Positions 46,017 to 55,319 are shown, counted from the first letter of the stretch. The stretch: DNA of 64,000 bases from a virus (IMGVR_UViG_2866783905_000002:4625-68624); one strand, 5' to 3'. Notes: a model not told the origin generated them from the sequence alone. Made by a program: numbers and translations.

Positions 46017-47831
46017 GTGGCGGTCCTGCGATCCACCTCATCGGCAACCAGCGCCAGCGCCTCATTCTCATGCCCCAAACCGTCGGGAACGCAGCAAGGC
46101 GACATCCTGATCGCCTTCCAAACCTGTTCCGACTTCGGCAACGGCAACATGACCACCCCCACGGGTGGTTCGCCCTGGCAACTGCTCGGACAGCGGGACG
46201 ACACCGAGTGGGCCGGAACCCGAGTCTGGTGGAAACGAGTAGGGGCGAGCGAACCAGCCGCGTACACATTCCGCCAGTCCGGAAACAACGACTCGATCGC
46301 CGCCATCGCGGCCGTCGCAGACGCCGGCACAGCAACGCCGCTTATCGCCTCCACCGAAAACGGCGCCGACGCCAGCGTGTCCTGCCCGTCAGTGTCATCA
46401 TCGCTATCCCCAGGCGTGACCCTCCGCTGGGCTGCTGGTCTGCGCTTCTCCTTCGTCGGATGGTCTGCGCCGTCGGGATACTCGGAGCATCTCGACCGAT
46501 GGCTGTCTGCTGGTGCGACGGCTTCGCTGGCGTCCCGCCCACGAACCGCGACCGGGGCGACAGGCGCTGTAGCGTTCACCGCTTCCAGCGCGCCGATTTT
46601 CAGTCACGGCTTCACCGTGGACGTCGGGGGAACTGCGGTTCCTCCCGCGCCGCCGCCGCCGGCGATCCCGCCTAGCAAGGACATTCATTACCGGTATGTC
46701 TTCTGCGATCTGCTGACGGATGACTACATCACCGACCTTGATCTGTCGGACGTCTCCTACGACCGGCGGATCGGGGAGCCGGGCAGCTTTTCTGGGTCGA
46801 TCAGTATTCCGTCCAACGATCCAAATCTTGCTGAGAAGGTCGCTGCGGTCGTCCCGCGCTACCCGGGTGACCTGTCTACGGGTCCTGGTAGGTGCGTGGT
46901 GCACGTCTACAGGAACGGCCTGATCTGGGGAAGCTACCTGATTTGGCAGGCGTCGCTCGGCATGTCCGACCGGGGCAACCTCCAAGCGCGCCTGTCGGGC
47001 GCCACCCTGGAGTCGTACCTCGATCGGGTGGAGGTCCGGGAGGACCTCGACTTCTCCGACACCGACCAGGTGGACATCGCGCGGGCGTTGATCGAGTCCA
47101 TGCAGGGGCAGGCGGGCGCCGACCTCGGGATCACCCTGGCTGCGGGCGGCAGCGGCGTCACCCGCACCGTGTCGTACTTGGCGGGGGAGTCCACCAGCTA
47201 CGGGCAGCGCTTGAACGAGCTGTCGCAGCTCAACGACGGCTTCGAGTGGATGATCCAGACCAGCGACCCCGGAGCCGGTACACGGATTCGTGAATGGGTT
47301 TTCGGCTATCCGAAGATCGGCGAAACCGACACCGAGCACCTGTTCACCCAGCCGGGGAACGTCGTGTCGTGGCAGGAAGACATCGACGCCACGCGAGGCG
47401 CCACGAGCTTCGTAGCGCGTGGTGAGTCCGTCAACGAGGACGCGTCCAGCTCGGGTGGCCCCACCCTGTCCGTACCGCACGACGCCGCGGCGCACTTCGC
47501 CGCCGGATGGCCCCGCCTCGACTCGACCATCACCGCGCACTTCCAGCGCGACACCGACACGCTCGACGACTACGCGGCCCGCTACGCGGCACAAAACGCC
47601 GGCGCCGTCCGCGTCCACCAAGTCTCCATCCGCCTCGACGGCGACGACTTCACCCCCGCCCACCTCGGCGACCGAGCCCGGGTCGTGCTCGTCAACCAGT
47701 GGTGGCCCCGACTCAACGGCGCCGCGTCCTTCGACCAGTCATGGCGGGTCATCGGCATCTCCGTCCAAGCAACCACACGAGGCCAGCGCGAGACCGCGCA
47801 ACTGGTCTTCGAGGAGGTCATCGACTCATGA
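46017..47831 (+). CDS. Minor tail / hub (Tal-like) protein with N-terminal beta domain
   Basis: RBS GGGAGG before GTG 46017; DLSDVSYDRRI..PGSFSGSI, HVYRNG..WG. Confidence 0.75.
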   Translation: MAVLRSTSSATSASASFSCPKPSGTQQGDILIAFQTCSDFGNGNMTTPTGGSPWQLLGQRDDTEWAGTRVWWKRVGASEPAAYTFRQSGNNDSIAAIAAVADAGTATPLIASTENGADASVSCPSVSSSLSPGVTLRWAAGLRFSFVGWSAPSGYSEHLDRWLSAGATASLASRPRTATGATGAVAFTASSAPIFSHGFTVDVGGTAVPPAPPPPAIPPSKDIHYRYVFCDLLTDDYITDLDLSDVSYDRRIGEPGSFSGSISIPSNDPNLAEKVAAVVPRYPGDLSTGPGRCVVHVYRNGLIWGSYLIWQASLGMSDRGNLQARLSGATLESYLDRVEVREDLDFSDTDQVDIARALIESMQGQAGADLGITLAAGGSGVTRTVSYLAGESTSYGQRLNELSQLNDGFEWMIQTSDPGAGTRIREWVFGYPKIGETDTEHLFTQPGNVVSWQEDIDATRGATSFVARGESVNEDASSSGGPTLSVPHDAAAHFAAGWPRLDSTITAHFQRDTDTLDDYAARYAAQNAGAVRVHQVSIRLDGDDFTPAHLGDRARVVLVNQWWPRLNGAASFDQSWRVIGISVQATTRGQRETAQLVFEEVIDS

Positions 47832-48241
47832 CAATGCCCTACCCTCGCGGGCTGGAAGACCGGCTCGAAGCGCTCGAACGCCGCGTCGAGCAGCTGTTCG
47901 CGTCAATCCAGAACCGGCAGCCCATCACCACCGCCTCGGCCGGGTGGAAGATCCCCAACCAGGGCCTGCCATCCAGCCCATCTTCTGGAGGCCACCTGAC
48001 GGCGTCCGGCGCTGAGCCGATGTGGACGGGTTCTGACGGGTCAACCTACTCGCTGAAGCCGCCCCCGCCGTTCACGCCAGCCTCTGATCCGGGCGGCATG
48101 TCCGGCCTGTCCACACCCGACGACTGGCCAAGCACCTACGACCCCACGTACGGGGAGCGGGTGCAGGACGACCTGCAGATGATCCGCCTGTGGGTGCTGC
48201 AGCTGCGTTCCAACATGCTCTCGGGCGGCCTTCTCATCTGA
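47828..48241 (+). CDS. Minor tail protein / hypothetical
   Basis: Coupled to previous gene; N-terminal LEDRLEALERRVEQL. Confidence 0.6.
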   Translation: MTMPYPRGLEDRLEALERRVEQLFASIQNRQPITTASAGWKIPNQGLPSSPSSGGHLTASGAEPMWTGSDGSTYSLKPPPPFTPASDPGGMSGLSTPDDWPSTYDPTYGERVQDDLQMIRLWVLQLRSNMLSGGLLI

Positions 48242-48369
48242 TCGCCGCCCCTTCTGATTGTGGCCGCCCGCGTATCGACCCCAGCCCTGTGAGGGTGTGC
48301 TGGACGCGTCGGTAAAGGGAGCGCGGGCGGTCCACCCCATCTCACCTACCGACCCTTGGAGGCCGCTCT

Positions 48370-48714
48370 GTGGAGTGGACGCAAATCCCCGTCGTACAGC
48401 TGGGGGCATTGGGCGTCCTGCTTGCCGTTCTCTGGCTGGTGTTCCGCGGGCACCTCGTGCCGTCGACGCTCGTGCCGCGCTCAACGCTCGACGACGTCAG
48501 ATCCGACAGGGACACCCGCCTCGCCGAGGCGAACCAGGACGCGGCCGACTGGCGGGACCTGTACGTACGGGAGTGCGAGGCACACGACCTCACCCGGCGG
48601 GCGCACGCCGAAGAGATCCGGGCGGCGCTCCTGGCCAGCACCGAAGGCGCCCAGGTGGCTGCTGTGCTGCTGGCTGAGATCCGATCCAGGCAGATCGAGG
48701 CAGGCTCATCATGA
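48370..48714 (+). CDS. Lysis-module membrane protein (holin-like)
   Basis: N-terminal TM plus GHLVP plus coiled coil. Confidence 0.65.
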   Translation: MEWTQIPVVQLGALGVLLAVLWLVFRGHLVPSTLVPRSTLDDVRSDRDTRLAEANQDAADWRDLYVRECEAHDLTRRAHAEEIRAALLASTEGAQVAAVLLAEIRSRQIEAGSS

Positions 48715-48923
48715 CCGACCGCGATGACGAGAATCTGCCTGACATTGACGAAGCCCGCCATGCCGCCGACGAGTCGCTGCAGCGAGCCGAGCAGGAACTG
48801 CGCCTCGCGCGAGAGCGCGCCAGATGCACGTTGAGCCTCGCCGACCGTCTGCGCCGGCTGAGGGAGGAGAACGGATTCCACGAGATTCTCAGCGACGCGT
48901 TCGGAGGTGCCGGCCATGGCTGA
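48711..48923 (+). CDS. Small lysis-module protein
   Basis: LRRLREENGFHEIL motif; coupled. Confidence 0.6.
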   Translation: MTDRDDENLPDIDEARHAADESLQRAEQELRLARERARCTLSLADRLRRLREENGFHEILSDAFGGAGHG

Positions 48924-49242
48924 CCAGCTCTACCTGATCGGTAGCGGACTCCTGGTCGTGTCGGCTCTGCTGGCGCTCGCGTGTGTGGCGTCTCAGGCTT
49001 TGCTGGCCCGCTGGTGGGAGACCGCTGGCGGACGTCACGTGATGGGTTTCCAGGCTGTCCTGGCGGCGGTTCTGACGTTGTGGGCGCTGCGGGTGTGGAT
49101 CCCCGACAGCGGTGTGATCCTCGCCCTGCGGTCTATCGCTTTCGCCGGCGTGCCCGCAGTCCTGGCGTGGCGGCTGGCCATCATCCTGCGCACCTGGCAA
49201 GCCAAGCGGCGCGAACATGCACAGAAGGGGCAGGATCGATGA
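48916..49242 (+). CDS. Three-TM membrane protein (putative holin)
   Basis: Three hydrophobic segments, WWET..GRH motif, basic C-terminus. Confidence 0.7.
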   Translation: MADQLYLIGSGLLVVSALLALACVASQALLARWWETAGGRHVMGFQAVLAAVLTLWALRVWIPDSGVILALRSIAFAGVPAVLAWRLAIILRTWQAKRREHAQKGQDR

Positions 49243-49934
49243 AGCTTGTGAAGCGTTCCGAGTTCGGGTGGGGCTCCTCGGGGGCGTCCTACGCGAAGCC
49301 GGCTCGCGGCTTGGTCATCCACTATGACGGCTCGGACCAGGGGTTGGCGGGTAAGCCGCACAGCGCCTGCGTGACGTATTGGAAGAACACGCGCCGCTTT
49401 CACGTGGGCTCCGCCCGCCAGTGGGTGGATATCGGGTACAGCTTCGGCGCCTGCCCGCACGGCTACGTGCTGGAGGGCCGCGGCTTGAATCGCGCGCAGG
49501 CCGCCCAGCCGACCGGCAACACGACTTTCTACAGCGTGACGCTCATGGGTGGCCCCGGCGAGGAGCCGACCTTGGAGCAGATCAACGCTGTCCGTGAGCT
49601 GCGGGCGTGGCTGATGGACAAGGGCGTCGGCCCGCTGGTGAAGGGCCACCGGGACTTTTTCCCCACCTCGTGCCCGGGAGACCGCCTGTACCAGCTGGTC
49701 AAGGACGGCACGTTCGGCAAGGCACCGACTGAGGAGGACGACGTGGACGTCAACGATGTCTGGCACAAGGCCCAGATCAAGATGAACAAGGGCGAAGAGA
49801 CGGAGTCGGAGCGGTCGCCGGCCGCGGTGCTGCAGGAGCTGGAGACCGAGCAGGACCGGATGAAGGTCCGGCTGGACAACCTGAACGGCAAGCTCGACGC
49901 GATCCTCGACAAGCTCGACGCGCTGACTCGCTGA
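49239..49934 (+). CDS. Endolysin, N-acetylmuramoyl-L-alanine amidase (Amidase_2/PGRP-like)
   Basis: LVIHY, WVDIGYSF, VLEGRG, GHRDF.PTSCPG. Confidence 0.9.
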   Translation: MKLVKRSEFGWGSSGASYAKPARGLVIHYDGSDQGLAGKPHSACVTYWKNTRRFHVGSARQWVDIGYSFGACPHGYVLEGRGLNRAQAAQPTGNTTFYSVTLMGGPGEEPTLEQINAVRELRAWLMDKGVGPLVKGHRDFFPTSCPGDRLYQLVKDGTFGKAPTEEDDVDVNDVWHKAQIKMNKGEETESERSPAAVLQELETEQDRMKVRLDNLNGKLDAILDKLDALTR

Positions 49935-50050
49935 TCAAGGTGTTAGGAATCGGCTGATTTTATCAGCGCTTCCCTAACACCCTCCTTTTACCTGCGGCAA
50001 CGCGGCAGGGTGCATGATTTTCCAACCTCAGATGAGAGGGCATTCACGCC

Positions 50051-50239
50051 ATGATCAAGGTAGGTAGTGCCGCGAAGTCCATCGTCGCCGCGGCGTCCGC
50101 TGGTACGGCTTCGCTCTTCACCGCGATGGGCGACAACGTCATCGTGACCGGCGAGTGGGTGACCATCGCCCTGGCCGTCCTCGGCGCGCTCGGGATCACG
50201 TACGCGGTGCCGAATGCCGCGAAGTCGGATCAGAGGTGA
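50051..50239 (+). CDS. Small two-TM holin-like protein
   Basis: KSIVAA...TGEWVTIALAVLGALGITYAVPN. Confidence 0.7.
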   Translation: MIKVGSAAKSIVAAASAGTASLFTAMGDNVIVTGEWVTIALAVLGALGITYAVPNAAKSDQR

Positions 50240-50421
50240 GCAGCGGGACCTTCCTTGCGCTGCTCGGGCCGTTCGTCCTGGCGTGCTGTGCGCTCGCCGG
50301 TCTGGTCTGTCTTGCACTGTACCGCTGGGAAAAGGGTTGGCTTGCTCTTGCGTTGGCGCTCGGAGGATGGGCGCTGATCACCGTGGTGATGGGCCTGCTC
50401 TCGTACAACCTGAGCGCATAG
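50236..50421 (+). CDS. Small two-TM membrane protein
   Basis: Two hydrophobic helices; coupled. Confidence 0.6.
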   Translation: MSSGTFLALLGPFVLACCALAGLVCLALYRWEKGWLALALALGGWALITVVMGLLSYNLSA

Positions 50422-50426
50422 ATGAC

Positions 50427-50488
50427 GACGCCCGCCTCTTCGTTGCCTTAGGGCAGCGGGGAGGCGGGCGTCTTTCGCGTTGTACGGC
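50427..50488. terminator. Bidirectional terminator plus GCGTTGTACGGC junction motif (copy 1)
   Basis: GACGCCCGCCTC...GAGGCGGGCGTC, then TTTC-GCGTTGTACGGC. Confidence 0.7.
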
Positions 50489-51054
50489 TACGCGGCAGCA
50501 GGATCCCTCAATCGTGGGGCTACCAGCTTGTCGAGGTTGTCGATGATGAACGCTTCGATCCGATCCCGCTCCTGAGGGTCGGTCGTGGTGACGCCTTGCA
50601 TGAGGAGGTCCAACAGGAAGGCGTCCACGTGCTCTCGCCGGTCGATGATGTTCTCTCGCATGGCGACCTCGGCGCCCTGCTCGCGGCACAGTCCACACCA
50701 GGCGGTGCCTTGCCTCAGGCTCACCCTTAGGTGGGTGTCGCACATGGGTGCGGTGACGAGGTGCTCGTGGACGCATCCCATCACGCTGATGCGGGCCGCG
50801 TTGTTCGGGCACGGGCCCGGCGTTACCCAGGGGTGGTCGGGGTCTTCGTCGATGACGCTGGCACAGGAGATCTCGATGTGGAGCGGGCCGACCATCTCGT
50901 GCATGTCGGGAACGGAGTCGATGTGGATGCCGAGACGGTCGGAGATCTGCTGCCTGGTGGTGATGCCCAGTTCGGCGAGGGCCTTGGATGTGTCGCGGAA
51001 CGAGATGAAACGGAACGCGTCCAGGCTTGTTAGAGGGATGTTCAGGACTGGCAT
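50488..51054 (-). CDS. Hypothetical Cys/His-rich protein
   Basis: RBS GGAGG; downstream of sortase in same orientation. Confidence 0.65.
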   Translation of the reverse strand: MPVLNIPLTSLDAFRFISFRDTSKALAELGITTRQQISDRLGIHIDSVPDMHEMVGPLHIEISCASVIDEDPDHPWVTPGPCPNNAARISVMGCVHEHLVTAPMCDTHLRVSLRQGTAWCGLCREQGAEVAMRENIIDRREHVDAFLLDLLMQGVTTTDPQERDRIEAFIIDNLDKLVAPRLRDPAAA

Positions 51055-51070
51055 GGCTCCTCCATCCGAG

Positions 51071-51649
51071 TCAGGCGGCGTCTGCCCACACGATGATGTT
51101 CGCGACGTAGTGCGAGGTCGTCTTGTCGAACGCTCCTCCGCAGGTGATGAGCCGCAGCGCTGGCCCGTCCGTCTCTCCCCAGATCTGCTTGACGGGCAGG
51201 GCGGTCTTGGCGGTCTGCTGCTTGCGCCCGGCGACGAACTCGTGCGTCTTGCCCTGCTTGTCGGTGACGAGGATCTTCGCGCCCTTGCTGAGGGTCTTGA
51301 GGCGGGCGAACACGTCGGGTCCGCTCTTGCTGTCCACGTGGGCGGCGATCACAGCGGGACCGTCCTCGCCGGGCTTGGGCCCTTCCTCGTACCAGCCAGC
51401 GCGCCCGAATGCCGGCGTCTCCATGCTGCCGTCCTTGGCGAGCCCGAGCGGCACCAGGCGGGCGTCCACGCCGATGGAAGGGATACGGATCCGTGCGGGC
51501 TCTGAGACTGTGCGGGCGGGCGTGCTGGGTGTGGCGACGGTGGACGGCTGATCCGCAACGCGAAATGGCTGAGACGGTCCAGGAGAGGCTTCCGCGCCGC
51601 AGGCGGACGTGAGGACCAGACAGGCGGCTACGACGGCGAGACGACGCAT
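51071..51649 (-). CDS. srtF: Class F sortase
   Basis: Lipoprotein-like signal LVLTSAC; RIRIPSIGVDA, AGWY, VIAAHVD, LRLITCGG, YVANIIV. Confidence 0.9.
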   Translation of the reverse strand: MRRLAVVAACLVLTSACGAEASPGPSQPFRVADQPSTVATPSTPARTVSEPARIRIPSIGVDARLVPLGLAKDGSMETPAFGRAGWYEEGPKPGEDGPAVIAAHVDSKSGPDVFARLKTLSKGAKILVTDKQGKTHEFVAGRKQQTAKTALPVKQIWGETDGPALRLITCGGAFDKTTSHYVANIIVWADAA

Positions 51650-51712
51650 GAGGGCTCCAGAGGTAAAGAGAAGGCTGGACGGCCCACACGGGACCGCCCA
51701 GCCGAAGGGGGA

Positions 51713-52849
51713 CTAGCGGGTCAGGCCGCCGAGACCGGTGTCCACGCGGGCGGGAACCGGGATGTTGTTCACGACCACGACCGGAGTGGTCGGGGTGGCG
51801 CTCGGCGTCTGGCAGTCCGGGGTCTCGGAGACGACGAACATCCACTCCGCCGCGGCGCCGTCCTTCAGCGTGTAGCCGTCGGCCGCCTCAGCGGTGAGGG
51901 AGACGTTGCCCGCCTCCACCGTGTACCGCTTGCCCTGCTCCACCGTCTTGCCGCTGGCGGTCTTGTAGACGACGCCGGCGACCTCGGGGATGGCGATCGA
52001 GGCAGTCTTGTCGTCGCAGGTGGCCTGCGTCAGCACCGGCGCCGCCGGCGTGGCCTCCCGCACCTCGGGGGTGTCGGTGGGGCTCGTCGTCGGCGACGGG
52101 CTCACGGGAGGCTCGGTCGGCGTGGGGCTCGGGCTGGGGCACGCCGCGGCCTTGTCGACGGTCAGGCGCCACCGCTCATCGCCCACCAGCCGGTAGCCGT
52201 CACGAGCCTCCGCGGCCACCCGGTAGACGCCCGGCCGCACCTTGTACTCGCCGGGCCGCCACGCCTCGCCGTTCACCTGGTAGGTGACGCCGTGCTTCGC
52301 CGGCACGGTCAGGGTGCCGCGGCTGGTGCCGCACTCGGGCTGGACCACCTTCGGAGCGTCGGGCGTCACCCGGGCCAGCGGACGGTTCAGGAACGACACC
52401 GGGCGGCCATCGACCCGCAGGTCCGACACGACCACCTGGCCGGGCTTGCCGTTGTCGTACACGACGCCGGCGGCGCCGATGCGGCCGTTCGCCGGCACCT
52501 TGAAGGTGACGACGCCGTTGCTGCCGCACTGGGTGCCCGCAGCGAGATTCTGGTCCCACGAGTTCGTGACGACGCCCTGCGCCTCCACGTAGACGCGGGG
52601 AGCTCCACCGTCGCACTTGGCGTCGCCCTGCAGGACGTAACGGAACGAGACCACGTCGCCAGCCTGGACGAACATGTCGAGGTTGGCGGTCTCGACGCTG
52701 GTGTTGCCGCCGACGAGACGAACCGTGTTGGAGTTGAGGATCTTCGACGGGCTGTTGGCAACCCATCCGGTAGCGGCGTGGGCGCTGGTGGCCAATCCAG
52801 CGACGACCAGCACGCCTACGGCCGCAGCCGCAGTGAGTCTGCTGAGCAT
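51713..52849 (-). CDS. Secreted repeat-domain protein, putative sortase F substrate
   Basis: Signal peptide ending SAHA; two internal TPxAP..Q..C..GV.Y..AEA.DGY.L repeats; Pro/Thr linker; C-terminal VPARVDTGLGG. Confidence 0.75.
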   Translation of the reverse strand: MLSRLTAAAAVGVLVVAGLATSAHAATGWVANSPSKILNSNTVRLVGGNTSVETANLDMFVQAGDVVSFRYVLQGDAKCDGGAPRVYVEAQGVVTNSWDQNLAAGTQCGSNGVVTFKVPANGRIGAAGVVYDNGKPGQVVVSDLRVDGRPVSFLNRPLARVTPDAPKVVQPECGTSRGTLTVPAKHGVTYQVNGEAWRPGEYKVRPGVYRVAAEARDGYRLVGDERWRLTVDKAAACPSPSPTPTEPPVSPSPTTSPTDTPEVREATPAAPVLTQATCDDKTASIAIPEVAGVVYKTASGKTVEQGKRYTVEAGNVSLTAEAADGYTLKDGAAAEWMFVVSETPDCQTPSATPTTPVVVVNNIPVPARVDTGLGGLTR

Positions 52850-53057
52850 TCGAATGTGCCTCTCGGGATGCCGGTCCTCGGGTGGGGCCGGTCGTGGCGC
52901 GGCAGCCTCCGTCCGTGTCGGGCGTGGCGGCATGCCAGCCGTATCTGATTGTGCACTATGACCAGTCATCGACGCCGATTAGCGGAAATCTGTACAGCCG
53001 ATGCGCGTATCCTTGGACGAGTTGCTCAGTCGGGAGGGCTGGCGGCGGATGCGAGAG

Positions 53058-53104
53058 GGGCCGGGCCACCTACGGGTGGCCCGGCCCTTTCTGCGTTGTA
53101 CGGC
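53058..53104. terminator. Hairpin plus GCGTTGTACGGC junction motif (copy 2)
   Basis: GGGCCGGGCCACC-TACG-GGTGGCCCGGCCC-TTTCT-GCGTTGTACGGC. Confidence 0.7.
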
Positions 53105-53190
53105 CACCTGCGCGGCGTAGCCTGATGTACGCACGGGGTCGGGTCGCCTACGGGCCGCTCGGCCCCTTTTTCGCGCAGGAAGGAGCTCCG

Positions 53191-53388
53191 GTGAGCGAGC
53201 CACCCGAGACCGTCGTATGGCATGACGGGCGAGACGTGTACGTCTACCCGGGCGGGGACTCCTTCTACGTGGACGAGATCGAAGCCATACGGGCCGGCGT
53301 GGAGGAGCGGCGCAAGCAGCCGCTCAAGGCCGACAACCTCGACGAGCTGAGGGCGAAACTAGAGGCGCTCCGAGACTGGTCATGCTGA
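53191..53388 (+). CDS. Hypothetical protein (65 aa)
   Basis: RBS AAGGAG before GTG 53191. Confidence 0.6.
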   Translation: MSEPPETVVWHDGRDVYVYPGGDSFYVDEIEAIRAGVEERRKQPLKADNLDELRAKLEALRDWSC

Positions 53389-53441
53389 CCCCGGCGACGT
53401 AGCTTGTTCGCGGGACCTCTGGTGCCGCCGGCATGGAACGA

Positions 53442-53492
53442 GAAGCCCGCCTGCCCCTTCCGGGATAGGCGGGCTTCTTCGTGTTGTACGAC
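53442..53492. terminator. Bidirectional terminator plus GTGTTGTACGAC junction motif (copy 3)
   Basis: GAAGCCCGCCT...AGGCGGGCTTC-TTC-GTGTTGTACGAC. Confidence 0.7.
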
Positions 53493-54578
53493 CTAGGCTC
53501 GCCGCACCCGTCGAGAGCTGAGACTGATCACGTTCGTGATCCGACGACTTGGGAGTTCGGACCCCGTGGCGTGCCGTGCGAGTACCTCTTCCGCGAAGGC
53601 CGGCGTCCAGTTTGCGGCGCGTGCCAAGCCTTGTGCCGGGTGGGGTCCAAACAAGGTCTCCGCCATGGCGCGAAAGCCTCGAGGCTTTGTCGGAGAGATA
53701 GCAGCTCGTTCTCGCAGCCGCTCGCCTCGGGCAGCCATCTGCTTGAACAAGCTGGTGTACCGGTGGTCGTCGATTCGTCCGAGGCGGCGAGCGGTGCGAA
53801 TGAGCGCTGCGATGGACACCCCCCATCGCCGTTTGAGCAGGGCGAAGTCTTGGAGGGTGGGATGTGCAGGGATTTCCTTCTCCATCGCGGCCAACGGGGT
53901 GAGGAAGTGCATGGCGAACTCGTCGGCCTCCTGCTCCAGGGTCTTGCTGGCGCCGGCGTCGCGATGCAGTAGAGCGTGCCCAAGCTCATGCGCCGTTGAC
54001 CAGAGCTGACGATCGCCCGCGTCTGTGTCGAGGAGTGCAAGGACCGGCTGTTGACCGAACCACAGCGAGAAGGCGTCGCGTCGCGTGTTCGGGATGGGAA
54101 GGGCGACTACTAGGAAGCCGGCGTGCTCGAGAAGCACGGGTAGGCCGAGGGCGGCATCATGAGGCCCCAACCCGAGGGCGTCTCGCGCTGCCTGCGCTGC
54201 CGCTTCGGGAGAGGTGCCGAGCGCGTGCGACTCGAGCCTTAGCGGAGGTCCTTCGAGCTGCTCGAGCATTGCCAGAGCTGCCTCGGCGACAATCTCACCG
54301 CCGCGCTTGGCCTGGTTCGACTCCTTCACGCTCATGCCTGCTCGAGCCCGGAAGTGAGTGGGTAGCCCGTCGAAGGCGACGCGCGGCCCTTGCTGAAAGA
54401 ACTCGACCGGGAAGCCGGTCGTGGTAGCGAGCTGCGTCAGCACATCCATCGGCAGCTCGGTCACGTCGCGTTCAGCGTTAGACAGCGTGCCCTGGCTGAT
54501 CCCGATCTCCGCAGCCAGGGCCTTCTGGGTAAGCAGGCAGAACTCGCGCGCTTGAGTAAGCCGAGTTCCGTAGATCAC
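53493..54578 (-). CDS. XRE-HTH plus ImmA/IrrE-family Zn metallopeptidase
   Basis: LTQKALAAEIGISQGTLSNAE; STAHELGHALLH (HExxH), EQEADEFA..FL.P. Confidence 0.9.
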   Translation of the reverse strand: MIYGTRLTQAREFCLLTQKALAAEIGISQGTLSNAERDVTELPMDVLTQLATTTGFPVEFFQQGPRVAFDGLPTHFRARAGMSVKESNQAKRGGEIVAEAALAMLEQLEGPPLRLESHALGTSPEAAAQAARDALGLGPHDAALGLPVLLEHAGFLVVALPIPNTRRDAFSLWFGQQPVLALLDTDAGDRQLWSTAHELGHALLHRDAGASKTLEQEADEFAMHFLTPLAAMEKEIPAHPTLQDFALLKRRWGVSIAALIRTARRLGRIDDHRYTSLFKQMAARGERLRERAAISPTKPRGFRAMAETLFGPHPAQGLARAANWTPAFAEEVLARHATGSELPSRRITNVISLSSRRVRRA

Positions 54579-55213
54579 TGTGCCTCTGCCTCCCCGTTCC
54601 CAGTCTTGTCGTCCCGGCGACGGTACTGCAGATCTTCAACCTGGGTGTAACGGCCCAGCAGCGGGACGCGCCAATCGATGGCTACGTGCCCGTTCTCCAC
54701 GCCGATAGGTCTGACCAGGTCGAATCGCAGGATGGTGGGCCCTTCGGCTGTCCACTGGATGATGACGTGGTTCTTCTGCGGCTTGCGCTGCTCCATCTCG
54801 TCCAGTCCGAGGTCGAGCTCGTCGTCGCCGATGAGGGGGATCTTCCGCTCGGAGACCTGGCTGATGAACCTACGCCGTGCTTCGGTGGTCGGCCTGGGGA
54901 TCTTGAAGTCGGTGGTGTGCCAGACCCGGATGATGTCCTCGGGCAGGTGCAGGATGAGGCCGCTCATGGGAAGGCCAAGGTCATCCTCGTCCTCGAGTTC
55001 CGGGTTGAGCTGCTTGAGTTCCTCGACGGCCTCCCGCCGTGTCATGTGCCGGTAGAAGTGGATGTCGCCGGCAGGCTTCCACCCTCTGTCGTCGTGCACG
55101 TAGTCGGCGGTCTGGAGGCCTTTCTCCAGCGCGCGGAAGACCTCGAGGCACGCGGTTTCCAGTCGGGCGGAGGTGGCGTCGGAGGAGTCGTCTCTGATCA
55201 CGTGATTAATCAT
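54575..55213 (-). CDS. Hypothetical protein coupled to XRE-ImmA (possible toxin/effector)
   Basis: Stop overlaps GTG start of the peptidase gene; no recognisable family. Confidence 0.65.
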   Translation of the reverse strand: MINHVIRDDSSDATSARLETACLEVFRALEKGLQTADYVHDDRGWKPAGDIHFYRHMTRREAVEELKQLNPELEDEDDLGLPMSGLILHLPEDIIRVWHTTDFKIPRPTTEARRRFISQVSERKIPLIGDDELDLGLDEMEQRKPQKNHVIIQWTAEGPTILRFDLVRPIGVENGHVAIDWRVPLLGRYTQVEDLQYRRRDDKTGNGEAEAQ

Positions 55214-55319
55214 ATTCCTAGAAAATACACACCCGCTAGTCGAACACGCCGTGATCGATGCTGCGACAAGGCGGTCCGTAACCATTCCTTAGAGCCAAGA
55301 ATCTGGGGCGGTCGTCGAG

